Positions 19,379 through 29,015 of a stretch of 54,018 bases of DNA are shown here, in pieces; positions within the stretch are counted from its first letter, which is position 1, and the number at the start of each line of letters is the position of its first letter. Position numbers and translations under genes: made by a program. The stretch comes from Chlamydiales bacterium. Lineage in GTDB: Bacteria; Chlamydiota; Chlamydiia; Chlamydiales; JACRBE01. The notes beneath the pieces are model-generated. The model made no database searches. It saw only the letters and a list, made by a program, of their open reading frames with translations, and was not told the DNA's origin. The stretch lies in assembly GCA_016213235.1 (NCBI GenBank), contig JACRBE010000013.1, forward strand, positions 1 through 54,018, in the 5' to 3' direction.

Positions 19379-19912
19379 TTAAGAAAAATGATGGAATCGG
19401 GAAATAAGATATAAGGGATAATTATAAATATTACCATCATGTTTCAGATTCATCAGTGTTGTGCGAGTTAGTTTAGATGGTGCATATTTGTCACCATAGA
19501 CAAGAAGACTCTTTTTTTTCTGACTAGTTCCTGCCTTTACCTCCAGAGGATAAATCTCATGATCTCCTTCAACCAAAAAATCAACTTCCGCCGTACCGGC
19601 ACTAGCCCAATAGTAAAGACCTTTATGATGAGAAGCGATTAACTCCTGTGCGATGAAATTTGCTGTTAAGGATCCCTTAAACTCTGTAAATAAAAGATTC
19701 CCATCGATAATAGCATGAGAGGAAAGATTGCTTTGAGCATCAAGCAAGCCGATATCAAGTAAAAAGATTTTAAAAGTATTGTTATCCGCACTAGCGCTAA
19801 GAGGAAATTTTGGAGTTTCTACAAAATAGCTTTTATGAATTAATCCTGCATCTACAAGCCATTGAATAGCGTCCTCATAATCTCGTCCTCTGGCACTTTT
19901 TCGAATAGCTGC
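19379..19912 (-). pseudogene. 5'-truncated AAA family ATPase (DUF4143 C-terminal part)
   Basis: AAIRKSARGRDYEDAIQWLVDAGLI...FKIFLLDIGLL...YYW...AEVDF...PLEVKAG; no start codon or ATPase domain. Confidence 0.85.
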
Positions 19913-19928
19913 AAGAGATGTTCTAAAT

Positions 19929-19994
19929 CTATTGAAAGAAGCTATTCATGAAGTTATCCTTGATCTGTAAATATCAGATGAGAAAAAAATATGA
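19929..19994 (+). pseudogene. Displaced relic of the ftsQ 3' end
   Basis: LLKEAIHEVILDL*ISDEKKI* versus ftsQ LLKEEPHEVIIDLRISNIAYIDETKLQ*; terminal TGA overlaps the cutA ATG. Confidence 0.8.
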
Positions 19995-20344
19995 GATTTA
20001 TCCAAATAGAAACCACTTGTAATGATCTAGATAAGGCAAAAAAAATGGCTAGCTTGATCATAGAGGGAAAACTTGCCGCTTGTATCCATATTATAAAAGA
20101 CATAGAGTCTATCTATTACTGGGATAATCAAATCTGCAAGGACAGGGAAAACAAAATCTTGATCAAAACAACAGATTCCTGTTTTGAAAAAATTTCCTCT
20201 ATTATAAAAGGACATTGTGGGTACGAAATACCTGAAATTATAGCAATTGAGATAGTCCATATTGATAAACAGTATGGAGACTGGTTAAAAAATTATGTGG
20301 ACCATAATTTAGCCAAAGAATTTGATTCTTATAAGGAATATTGA
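19991..20344 (+). CDS. cutA: Divalent-cation tolerance protein CutA
   Basis: LAACIH, SIYYWDNQI, E..ILIKT, YEIPEII, YGDWL. Confidence 0.92.
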   Translation: MRFIQIETTCNDLDKAKKMASLIIEGKLAACIHIIKDIESIYYWDNQICKDRENKILIKTTDSCFEKISSIIKGHCGYEIPEIIAIEIVHIDKQYGDWLKNYVDHNLAKEFDSYKEY

Positions 20345-20416
20345 TAAAATCAAGGGCGAATAAATTTTTTTGTTTATTCAACTTAATATAACAGAAAAAC
20401 TTACCCGTGGATTGAT

Positions 20417-20647
20417 ATGCAAGAATTCGTAGCTTATTTGGTCAAAAACCTGGTAGATGTACCAGATTCAGTTGCTGTTCAAATTTTTGAAGGAACAAAA
20501 AGTACTATTATTGAAGTAAAAGTATCGCAAGAAGATATAGCTAAACTTGTTGGAAGACAAGGCCGTACAATCAAAGCTCTTCGGACAATTGCAATGACAG
20601 TAGGAGCTAGATTCGGTAGAAGAATTAAGCTTGAACTTGTTCATTAA
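20417..20647 (+). CDS. khpA: KH-domain RNA-binding protein (KhpA family)
   Basis: 76 aa; DIAKLVGRQGRTIKALRT GxxG loop. Confidence 0.88.
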   Translation: MQEFVAYLVKNLVDVPDSVAVQIFEGTKSTIIEVKVSQEDIAKLVGRQGRTIKALRTIAMTVGARFGRRIKLELVH

Positions 20648-20671
20648 TAACTATAAGGAGAAGATGTTATT

Positions 20672-21010
20672 ATGAGTCTAAAAATTTCTATAGAAGAAAA
20701 ATCAGGTAAAAAACTGCTTCGCATAGATGGGAGACTCGATGCTACGTCTTCTCCTTTACTAGAAGAAAAATTAAAAGACCTTATTTCTCATGGATCTACA
20801 CATATTGCAGTTGATTTTGCTAAATTAGATTATTTGAGTAGTGCTGGAATGAGGCTAATGCTATCTAATAGCAAGAAGTTAAAGGCACATCACGGTAATA
20901 TAGCTTTTTTTAGTATTAACGAAGATGTGATGGAAATCATCAAAATGGCTGGATTTGAAAAAATACTTACTATATGTTCCTCAGAAGCAGAAGCTATAGC
21001 TGCTGCTTAA
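20672..21010 (+). CDS. rsbV: STAS-domain anti-sigma factor antagonist
   Basis: GRLDA, DYLSSAGMR, MAGF; position before miaA as in chlamydial rsbV_2. Confidence 0.88.
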   Translation: MSLKISIEEKSGKKLLRIDGRLDATSSPLLEEKLKDLISHGSTHIAVDFAKLDYLSSAGMRLMLSNSKKLKAHHGNIAFFSINEDVMEIIKMAGFEKILTICSSEAEAIAAA

Positions 21011-21026
21011 TTGGAGATTTTCTTTT

Positions 21027-22049
21027 GTGACTACTGATTTTCATTCCTCGAGAGAAGGTGCCCCTGATTTTCAATCTAAAAAACAATCCATAGCCACCTA
21101 TATCCCTAAAAAAAAGATCATTGTTATTGCCGGACCCACCGCATCTGGAAAAACGGCCCTATCCTTAAAAATTGCAAAAGCGCTCGATGGGGAAATTATT
21201 TCTGCAGATTCGATGCAAGTATATAAACAGATGGATATTGGCACTGCAAAGGTAAGCCAGGAGGAGCAATCGCTTGTCAAACATCACTTGATTGATGTAT
21301 GGGATATTACAAATCCATGCAATGTTGTTCGATTTTGTGAAGATGCTCAAATTGCATACAGGGAAGTGTTTGTCCGTAGAAAAGTCCCTATCATTGTTGG
21401 GGGTGTTGGGTTTTATATTCACTCTCTTATTTATGGGCCTCCAAAAGGGCCCCCATCTAATCCTCAAATTAGAAACAAATTAGAAGCGGATTTTCAAAAA
21501 TTTGGCGCTGAACTACTTTATGAAAAGTTAAGTAAATTAGACCCTGAATATACACAAACAATTACTCTGCAAGACAAACAAAAGATTATTAGGGCATTAG
21601 AAATTATTACCATTACCGGAAAAAAGGTCTCTGATTTTCCAAAACCTTCTGCTCTAGATGTTCCAGAAGATATCGATTTTAGATGTTGGTTTATTCATTA
21701 TCCAAAAGAAATTCTTTATCAAAAAATAGAGAAGAGATGTGAGGAAATGATAACAAATGGATTTATTGAAGAAGTAAAAAAACTAAAAGAAATGGGTATT
21801 GAAAAAAATCCATCTGCTTGTATGGCAATTGGCTATCGACAATGTTTGCAATACCTATCATCTGCACAAACAGAGGCAGATTATGAACATTTTATGCACG
21901 AGTTTAAAAAAGCATCAAAACAATATGCAAGAAGACAGTTTACCTGGTTTCGTAAAGAACCATTATTTCATTGGATAGACTTAAGTAAACATGACCTTGA
22001 TTTTGTTGCAGAAGTGATTATACAGGATTTTGAAACGAATGAAAAATAA
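21027..22049 (+). CDS. miaA: tRNA dimethylallyltransferase
   Basis: GPTASGKT, SADSMQVY, DIGTAK, IRALE, YARRQFTWF. Confidence 0.97.
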   Translation: MTTDFHSSREGAPDFQSKKQSIATYIPKKKIIVIAGPTASGKTALSLKIAKALDGEIISADSMQVYKQMDIGTAKVSQEEQSLVKHHLIDVWDITNPCNVVRFCEDAQIAYREVFVRRKVPIIVGGVGFYIHSLIYGPPKGPPSNPQIRNKLEADFQKFGAELLYEKLSKLDPEYTQTITLQDKQKIIRALEIITITGKKVSDFPKPSALDVPEDIDFRCWFIHYPKEILYQKIEKRCEEMITNGFIEEVKKLKEMGIEKNPSACMAIGYRQCLQYLSSAQTEADYEHFMHEFKKASKQYARRQFTWFRKEPLFHWIDLSKHDLDFVAEVIIQDFETNEK

Positions 22050-22614
22050 GATAGGTTTTTTTGGAGGGACTTTTGATCCTATTCATATAGGACATATTCA
22101 GTTAGCTCTCTGTTTAATGGAACAGGCGCAGCTCTCTAAAGTGGTGTTTTGTCCAACGGCTTTATCTCCTTTTAAAGGGGAGAATCCTCCTGCTGCAAAT
22201 GGCAAACATAGACTTGCCATGTTATCCCTTGCTCTACAAGATATACCAAGTGTAGAGATCATAGAAAATGAAATACATGCTGACTTTCCTTCTTATACTA
22301 TCGATACCATCATACAATTAAAAAAAAATGTTTATCAACAAAATACCATCAGGCTTTTATTAAGCCAGGAAACAGCTCAGTCCCTTTCTCTTTGGAAAGA
22401 GTATAAAAAATTAATAGAAATAGCGCCTCCACTAGTTGGGTGTAGACAAATAGATAATACAAAAAACAGTTTACATCTTGAGATGGTCCAGACCCCTTTA
22501 TTTGATATTTCCTCTACTACTATTAGAAATAGAATAAAGGAGAAAAAATACGTAGGACACCTTCTCTCACAAGCAGTACTACAGTATATTAAAACCCATC
22601 GCCTTTATTTATAA
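22039..22614 (+). CDS. nadD: Nicotinate-nucleotide adenylyltransferase
   Basis: GGTFDPIHIGH, SYTIDT, ISSTTIR. Confidence 0.93.
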   Translation: MKNKIGFFGGTFDPIHIGHIQLALCLMEQAQLSKVVFCPTALSPFKGENPPAANGKHRLAMLSLALQDIPSVEIIENEIHADFPSYTIDTIIQLKKNVYQQNTIRLLLSQETAQSLSLWKEYKKLIEIAPPLVGCRQIDNTKNSLHLEMVQTPLFDISSTTIRNRIKEKKYVGHLLSQAVLQYIKTHRLYL

Positions 22615-22694
22615 TTTTGGATCGGAATAGAGCTAGATCGATAATGCTCACTTCAGTTATAGTGGTGGCTGCTAAGTAAATTTTAATTTTTATT

Positions 22695-23072
22695 ATGACA
22701 AAAGATCCACAAAGCCTTGTCCAGTTAGTTGGACAAGCAATTTATGATAAAAAAGGACTAAACCCGCTTGCTTTGAATGTTCAAAGTATTTCTACACTCA
22801 CGGATTATATTGTGATTGCAGAGGGAAGTGTAGACCGTCATGTTGTTGCTATTGCAAAATCTGTGATGGATGTCATGGAAGAAGAACAGGAAGCGCTTTT
22901 ACATGTAGAAGGATTAACAAATGGCGATTGGGTGGTCATTGATTATGGTAACATTATCGTGCACATTTTTACGCCAGCTCTAAGACAAAGATATCAATTA
23001 GAACGTCTTTGGTCCGAAGCAGCAATTATTGATCTGCAAATAGAATGTAAAAGCGAGGGATGCTATGGCTAA
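22695..23072 (+). CDS. rsfS: Ribosome silencing factor
   Basis: DKKG, DYIVIA, WVVIDYGNIIVHIF, YQLERLW. Confidence 0.95.
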   Translation: MTKDPQSLVQLVGQAIYDKKGLNPLALNVQSISTLTDYIVIAEGSVDRHVVAIAKSVMDVMEEEQEALLHVEGLTNGDWVVIDYGNIIVHIFTPALRQRYQLERLWSEAAIIDLQIECKSEGCYG

Positions 23073-24321
23073 AAAAAGAATTGTTGTAACAGGAATGGGT
23101 ATCGTTTCCTGCTTTGGAACCGATATCGATCTTTTTTATGATAGTCTTTTACAGGGAAAAAGTGGTATTACGCCTATTCGGGCATTTGATGCATCTAGCT
23201 TTCCTACAAGATTTGCAGGAGAAGTCCCAGACTTTGATGTTGAGGGGTATTTAGATAAAAAACAGGCCAGAAGGGTAGATCCTTTTATACGCTATACGAT
23301 TTATGGAGGAAAAAGAGCACTAGAAAGTGCTGGTATTCCTCTTAATAATTTATCTACTCTAGATCGAAGACGATGCGGTATTATTATTGGTTCCGGCATG
23401 GGAGGGATGAAAACCTTTTATGAGGGTGTAGAAACACTTAAAGAAAAAGGACTGCGCAGATTAACTCCTTTCTTTATCCCTCATATTATCACTAATATGG
23501 GTGGTGCAATGCTAGGTATTGACCTGGGATTTGAAGGCCCCAATTATTCTATTTCTACAGCATGCGCTACTTCTAATTATTGCATTGTAGCAGCAGCAGA
23601 TCATATCAGAAAAGGAGATGCTGACCTCATTCTTTGCGGTGGTGCAGAAGCGCCTATTGGGCCTATTGGTCTAGGTGGTTTTGTTGCGATAAAAGCTCTT
23701 TCAGAGCGAAATGAAGAGTGTCAAAAAGCATCGAGACCGTGGGATAAAAGTAGAGATGGTTTTGTAATGGGAGAGGGTGCAGGTGTCCTTGTTTTAGAGA
23801 CACTAGAGCATGCAAAGAAAAGGGGAGCTACCATCTATGCAGAATATTTGGGTGGAGCTACAGCTTGTGATGCATACCATATGACAGATCCTCGTGAAGA
23901 TGGAGCAGGAGTTGCTAGATGTATTGAGCTGGCAATAAAAGAAGCCGGTATAGAAAAAGAACAAGTCAATTATGTTAATGCGCATGCAACTTCTACGATT
24001 GTAGGGGATATGTGTGAGATAAAAGCATTAAAAACAGTATTTGGTTCTCATGCAAAAAATATAAATATTAATTCTACAAAATCCATGACAGGTCATTGTC
24101 TTGGAGCAGCAGCTGGTATCGAAGCGATTGCAACAATAAAAGCAATTTTAACACATAAGCTACATCCTACCATTAATCTTGACAATCCGGAAGAAGAGCT
24201 ATTTGCGTTAAATCCAGTAATCGGCAGTCCAAGAGATTGCCTGGTAAATGCTGCAATATCCAATTCCTTTGGTTTTGGTGGACATAACTCTTCTATCATT
24301 TTTGCGCCGTTTAAAGAGTAA
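23065..24321 (+). CDS. fabF: Beta-ketoacyl-ACP synthase II
   Basis: STACATS, NAHATST, STKSMTGHCLGAA, SNSFGFGGHN. Confidence 0.97.
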   Translation: MAKKRIVVTGMGIVSCFGTDIDLFYDSLLQGKSGITPIRAFDASSFPTRFAGEVPDFDVEGYLDKKQARRVDPFIRYTIYGGKRALESAGIPLNNLSTLDRRRCGIIIGSGMGGMKTFYEGVETLKEKGLRRLTPFFIPHIITNMGGAMLGIDLGFEGPNYSISTACATSNYCIVAAADHIRKGDADLILCGGAEAPIGPIGLGGFVAIKALSERNEECQKASRPWDKSRDGFVMGEGAGVLVLETLEHAKKRGATIYAEYLGGATACDAYHMTDPREDGAGVARCIELAIKEAGIEKEQVNYVNAHATSTIVGDMCEIKALKTVFGSHAKNININSTKSMTGHCLGAAAGIEAIATIKAILTHKLHPTINLDNPEEELFALNPVIGSPRDCLVNAAISNSFGFGGHNSSIIFAPFKE

Positions 24322-24325
24322 AAAA

Positions 24326-24766
24326 ATGATAAAAGATTTTTCCTGTGGAATCTTACCTTTGAAATTTGATGGCAAAAAATGGCAGGTTTTTCTAGTGCAG
24401 CATAAACATGGACTCCATTGGGCTTTTCCTAAAGGACATCCAAATGAAAGAGAAACTTATTTAGAGGCTGCTGCAAGAGAGTTGAAGGAAGAGACTGGAC
24501 TAGAAGTCTTAGTATGGATCATGACCTCTCCCATAATGGAAACCTATCGATTTGAAAGAGATAATCAGCACTATGACAAAACAGTATATTATTTTGCTGC
24601 AAGAGTAACAGTCGTGCCGCCGACATTAGACCTAAAGGAAATAATAGATGGAAATTGGTTTGAACTATATCACGCCTGTGACCGTCTTACTTTTTTAACA
24701 AGCAAAAACACCTTAAAAGAACTAGAGTCTTATTTAGAAATTTATAAGCCAGAGGTAATAAAATGA
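24326..24766 (+). CDS. NUDIX hydrolase (Ap4A hydrolase-like)
   Basis: WAFPKGH...AAARELKEETGL Nudix box. Confidence 0.92.
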   Translation: MIKDFSCGILPLKFDGKKWQVFLVQHKHGLHWAFPKGHPNERETYLEAAARELKEETGLEVLVWIMTSPIMETYRFERDNQHYDKTVYYFAARVTVVPPTLDLKEIIDGNWFELYHACDRLTFLTSKNTLKELESYLEIYKPEVIK

Positions 24767-25314
24767 ACTCTACAATACTAGCCCGCCGTAGTATAACAAC
24801 AGCTACCATGATTGATGTACTCCAAGTACTGTTAGGTGGTTGTCTTATTTCTTTGTTTGCAAAAGCAATGATTTACCTGCCATTTACACCGGTACCTATT
24901 GTTTTGCAAAATAGCTTAATACTATTAATAGCAGCTCATCTGGGAGCAAGAAAAGGCTTTTTAGCTACGCTTGTTTTTATTTTTCAAGGAGCAGTAGGCC
25001 TTCCTGTATTTGCAGGGGGTAGCGGCTCTCTTTTAACATTAATCGGCCCCACCGGTGGGTATATCATCGGATATGCCTTTGCTGCTTATTTAGTAGGATA
25101 TCTATTTCAACATACAAGAAAATTAACACCGATTAAAGCATTTATCTATTTTAGCACTGCTAACTTCTGCCTCATTCACCTTCTTGGTGTTTTTCAATTA
25201 GCATTCTTCATAGGATTGAAACAAGCAATACTGCTTGGATCTGCTCCATTTATTTTGGTTGATATCCTAAAGAATATGCTAATTGTGAAATGCTACTTTT
25301 TATCTAGACGCTAA
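24763..25314 (+). CDS. bioY: Biotin transporter BioY
   Basis: PFTPVPIVLQ, GAVGLPVFAGG, GPTGGYIIG. Confidence 0.93.
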   Translation: MNSTILARRSITTATMIDVLQVLLGGCLISLFAKAMIYLPFTPVPIVLQNSLILLIAAHLGARKGFLATLVFIFQGAVGLPVFAGGSGSLLTLIGPTGGYIIGYAFAAYLVGYLFQHTRKLTPIKAFIYFSTANFCLIHLLGVFQLAFFIGLKQAILLGSAPFILVDILKNMLIVKCYFLSRR

Positions 25315-25502
25315 CAAAGAAAAGAAGGCATTTTGCAATTTTCAGCAGAGCCTCTTTGTGCATTGATTGGTCTATCAAATAAAGGGATAGATGGTAGCCT
25401 TTGTATAGCTATACTACTGATGCGGTTTATTACTCCATCATCTATCTTATTCCTGAGGTCACTTGATCCACAAAAAGGATCACTTAATCGAACGCCTTCC
25501 AT
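25311..25502 (-). CDS. Small hypothetical protein (63 aa)
   Basis: GAGGAG RBS 5 nt before ATG 25502; no recognisable domain. Confidence 0.45.
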   Translation of the reverse strand: MEGVRLSDPFCGSSDLRNKIDDGVINRISSIAIQRLPSIPLFDRPINAQRGSAENCKMPSFLC

Positions 25503-25565
25503 ATGCACTCCTCACATTTATAGAAGAAATGAAAATTCAATCTTTAAATGTTTTTAAAAAATAAT

Positions 25566-25796
25566 TCAACTTATTTTTTGTTTTTTTGAAAAAGGAATAA
25601 ATTCCGGAGTTCCTTCAGGTTTGTTTTTGGATACATCTCTTTCTGTCATCGCAGTAGATTGCTCAGTAATGGTTGCAGCGGTTCTTCTTATCATTTGTGC
25701 AAGCCTGTCAATCCTATTTGGAAGGGAAGTCTTCTGTTTTTTTTGCGAACTTGTTTCTCTATATGTGTGAGTTGGCTCCCCTACTCTTTTTACCAT
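25566..25796 (-). CDS. Small hypothetical protein (76 aa)
   Basis: GGAG RBS upstream of ATG; hydrophilic, basic. Confidence 0.5.
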   Translation of the reverse strand: MVKRVGEPTHTYRETSSQKKQKTSLPNRIDRLAQMIRRTAATITEQSTAMTERDVSKNKPEGTPEFIPFSKKQKIS

Positions 25797-26294
25797 TACG
25801 TTTCTCCGGTTGCGTTATATTTTGTTGTTATAAAAAAAAGTAGAAATAGTCAAATAAAAATAATGCAATCGGTGAAATAACGCCGGTAATGGCCCTAATT
25901 ATGATGATAAAAATGAATTTCTTTTGGCTGCGATAAAAAATCTTTATGGTAATCTGCTTCGATTTGGCTTCATCCAGATTGCCAGCATAACCGATAGTGT
26001 ACATCAATAGAGAAAGAAGAAAAAAAACATTGCTTCACGTTGCATGATAAGTCCTGCAAAAGGAAAGGATTGGTCGTAAAACTTTCTCTTGTTTTTTTCA
26101 TCTAAAAACAAGTTAATATTTAAAATAGGAAATTTTGATATAAATAGAGATCTAATCGACATTAAATTAATATATAATAAATTTTAGCCTGTTTTTTTTA
26201 AATTTTGATTTTACAAAAGACAAATAAATTTCCTTTAGAAATAATCAATCTTTTTTTATTATTTCTTCTTTAAATTTAACTACAAGAGTTTCGT

Positions 26295-29012
26295 ATGATG
26301 AAGGATTTCTTCTTGCATATATTTGGATTGATCGTTCGGCTTTGTTTTAGAGTAAGGTATAAATTTCGGATCAAAAACAAAGGAGCGCTGCATCAGCCGA
26401 AATTAAAAAAAGGTGGATACTTAATATTACCTAACCACCCAGCAGAGATGGATCCTATTATCATGATGACTCTTCTTTGGGGGAAATATAAATTACGACC
26501 ACTGGTAGTAGAACACTTTTATTATTTTCCCGGTGCCAAAATCTTTATGGACGCTGCAAAAGCAATCGCTATCCCCAATTTTGAAAACTCAGTCAATCAG
26601 TGGAAAAAAGATAAAGGCGATAAAGCTTTTGAAATGGTTTTAGAAGGATTGAAAAAAGGAGAAAATTTTCTTGTTTATCCTTCAGGTCATTTAAGAAGAG
26701 GATCAAAAGAAGTAGTGGGTGGTAGCTCGTTTGTTTATAACATTATCCAGGCATATCCTGAGGTAAATATCCTGATGGTGCGCATGAGTGGTCTTTGGGG
26801 AAGCTCTTTTTCTAGGGCCATTACAGGTAGTGTACCACATTTTTGGAAAGTTGTTCTCAAAGCGATATGGACTGTCATAAAAAATGGTATTTTCTTTGTA
26901 CCAAAGAGAGTGGTTGAAGTTGAATATTATAATCCTGGTGAGCGTTTTCCCTACCATGGCTCTAAACTGGAAATCAACCAGTTTTTGCAAAACTTTTATA
27001 ACCGTTACCTAGATGATAAAAATAAAGTAGTCAGTGAAGAACCATTAAAGCTAGTATCGTATAGTTTCTATCGAAAAGATTTACCAAAATATGTTGCAGC
27101 ACTAGAAGATAAATCCAATTTGAAGGTACAGGTAAAATTATCTCTTGATGAAAAAAAGAAGATCTTAAAGAAAGTATCTGAGCTTGCTGAAGTATCTGTT
27201 AGTGATATTGATGAGGAAAAAGATCTCTCTCTTGACCTTGGGCTTGATTCCTTAGATATCGCAAACCTATATGTCTATATCACCGAAGAATTTGATGTGG
27301 TTTCTAAAATAGAACCAGGTGAGCTAAAAAAGGTCTATGACTTGTTTGTTCTTGCTGCTGACCAAAAAAAATCAGTACGTCATGGTCAACAGTATGATAA
27401 CACTAAGACAGTTAGTTGGATAGAAGAAAAAAAGAGACCGGAGCCTCAACTGGGATTTGGTAAAACTATACCGGAGGTGTTTTTCAATACTGCAGAAAGA
27501 ATGAAAAATTATGTTGCTTGCGCCGATGCTAATTCAGGAATACTTACCTATAAACGACTTTTGCTCGGAGCACTTATCTTATCTAATAAAATAAAAAAAT
27601 TACCCGGTCAATATATTGGCATCATGCTCCCATCCTCTGTTGGGGTCTATCTGATGATTCTTGCATGTCAAATTGCTAAAAAAACAACGGTTATGTTGAA
27701 TTGGACAGCAGGGATAAGATCATTAAAGTATGCTGTAGAATTACTTGATATTCAAGTAATACTCAGTGCTCGTAAATTTTTAGATCGATTAGAGCATTTA
27801 CAACTCGAAGAAATAGAAAAAAAACTATATTTAGTAGAAGACATAAGAAAATCAATATCTCTTATAGATAAACTAAAGGCTCTCCTACTCTCGAAAAAAT
27901 CAACCAAACGATTGGTGAAGAGTTTGGGCTTAGACCATGTAAAAGAAACAGATCCAGCAGTTGTGTTATTTACATCTGGCACAGAATCATATCCAAAAGC
28001 AGTGCCACTGTCGCATAAGAATATTTTAACGAATCAATCCATATCATTAAATACCATTGAGCTAAAAGCAAGTGATGTGTTGTATGGAGTTCTCCCTCCT
28101 TTTCATTCCTTTGGATTTACTGTAACGGGACTCTTACCATTGCTAGGGGGTTTTAGAGTTTATTTTGCTCCAGATCCAACAGATGGTCATGCAATGGCAC
28201 AAGATATCAAACACTGGAAAGCTACTGTAATATGTTTAGCACCAAGTTTTTACACGAACCTGCTAAAACTTGCAACAAAAGAGGATCTGAAAACGATACG
28301 ATTATTTGTCTCTGGTGCAGAAAAGGCATCTAATGAATTAAAACAAATGATCTGGGATTTAAATGACGATAATGCCTTCTTGGAAGGATATGGTATTACA
28401 GAATGCTCACCGGTGGTTTCCATCTGTGATCGAGAAGATCCTATTGGTGTTGGCAAGCCAATTGCTAATTTAGATGTGTGTGTCATTCATATAGATACTC
28501 ATGAAGTATTGCCGAGGGGAAAAGTAGGAGAGTTTTGTATCCATGGTCCTTCTGTATTTTATGGATATTTGGGGACTCCAGGAAGAGATCCTTTTATCGA
28601 AATAAAAGGGAAAAAATGGTACCGCAGTGGTGATATTGGTTATTTAGATGAAAAGGGAAATATTATTTTACAAGGTAGATTAAAACGCTTTGTGAAAATT
28701 GGTGGAGAAATGATCTCCTTGACTGCTATTGAGGAGGAATTAGTTCAGCAATCGAGTGGAAGAGGATGGCTCACTAATCAGGATGATGCCGCAAAAGCAT
28801 TTGTTCTTTGTGTAAAAGAATTAGAAAATGGGAAACCTCATATGGTACTCTTTACTACAACAAGAGTAACCAAAGAAGAGATCAACTCTTTACTTAGAGA
28901 GTCTGGATTTGGAAGAATTGTTAAAATATCAGAGGTAAGAATATTGGATGAAATTCCTCTCTTAGGCACCGGTAAGATCAATTATAGACAACTTAGTGAA
29001 ATGGTAAAATAA
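26295..29012 (+). CDS. aas: Aas-like multidomain protein: acyltransferase + carrier (ACP) domain + AMP-binding acyl-ACP synthetase
   Basis: NHPAEMD and YPSG (PlsC-type), DLGLDSLDIA (phosphopantetheine Ser), FTSGTESYPK, GYGITE, YRSGD, GRLKRFVKIGGE, GKI. Confidence 0.88.
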   Translation: MMKDFFLHIFGLIVRLCFRVRYKFRIKNKGALHQPKLKKGGYLILPNHPAEMDPIIMMTLLWGKYKLRPLVVEHFYYFPGAKIFMDAAKAIAIPNFENSVNQWKKDKGDKAFEMVLEGLKKGENFLVYPSGHLRRGSKEVVGGSSFVYNIIQAYPEVNILMVRMSGLWGSSFSRAITGSVPHFWKVVLKAIWTVIKNGIFFVPKRVVEVEYYNPGERFPYHGSKLEINQFLQNFYNRYLDDKNKVVSEEPLKLVSYSFYRKDLPKYVAALEDKSNLKVQVKLSLDEKKKILKKVSELAEVSVSDIDEEKDLSLDLGLDSLDIANLYVYITEEFDVVSKIEPGELKKVYDLFVLAADQKKSVRHGQQYDNTKTVSWIEEKKRPEPQLGFGKTIPEVFFNTAERMKNYVACADANSGILTYKRLLLGALILSNKIKKLPGQYIGIMLPSSVGVYLMILACQIAKKTTVMLNWTAGIRSLKYAVELLDIQVILSARKFLDRLEHLQLEEIEKKLYLVEDIRKSISLIDKLKALLLSKKSTKRLVKSLGLDHVKETDPAVVLFTSGTESYPKAVPLSHKNILTNQSISLNTIELKASDVLYGVLPPFHSFGFTVTGLLPLLGGFRVYFAPDPTDGHAMAQDIKHWKATVICLAPSFYTNLLKLATKEDLKTIRLFVSGAEKASNELKQMIWDLNDDNAFLEGYGITECSPVVSICDREDPIGVGKPIANLDVCVIHIDTHEVLPRGKVGEFCIHGPSVFYGYLGTPGRDPFIEIKGKKWYRSGDIGYLDEKGNIILQGRLKRFVKIGGEMISLTAIEEELVQQSSGRGWLTNQDDAAKAFVLCVKELENGKPHMVLFTTTRVTKEEINSLLRESGFGRIVKISEVRILDEIPLLGTGKINYRQLSEMVK

Positions 29013-29015
29013 TAC

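Noticed and set aside
25895..26045. Minus-strand small ORF broken at a T8 tract (possible phase variation)
   Set aside because: Even when repaired it gives only about 50 aa with no recognisable homology; such homopolymers are common in this genome
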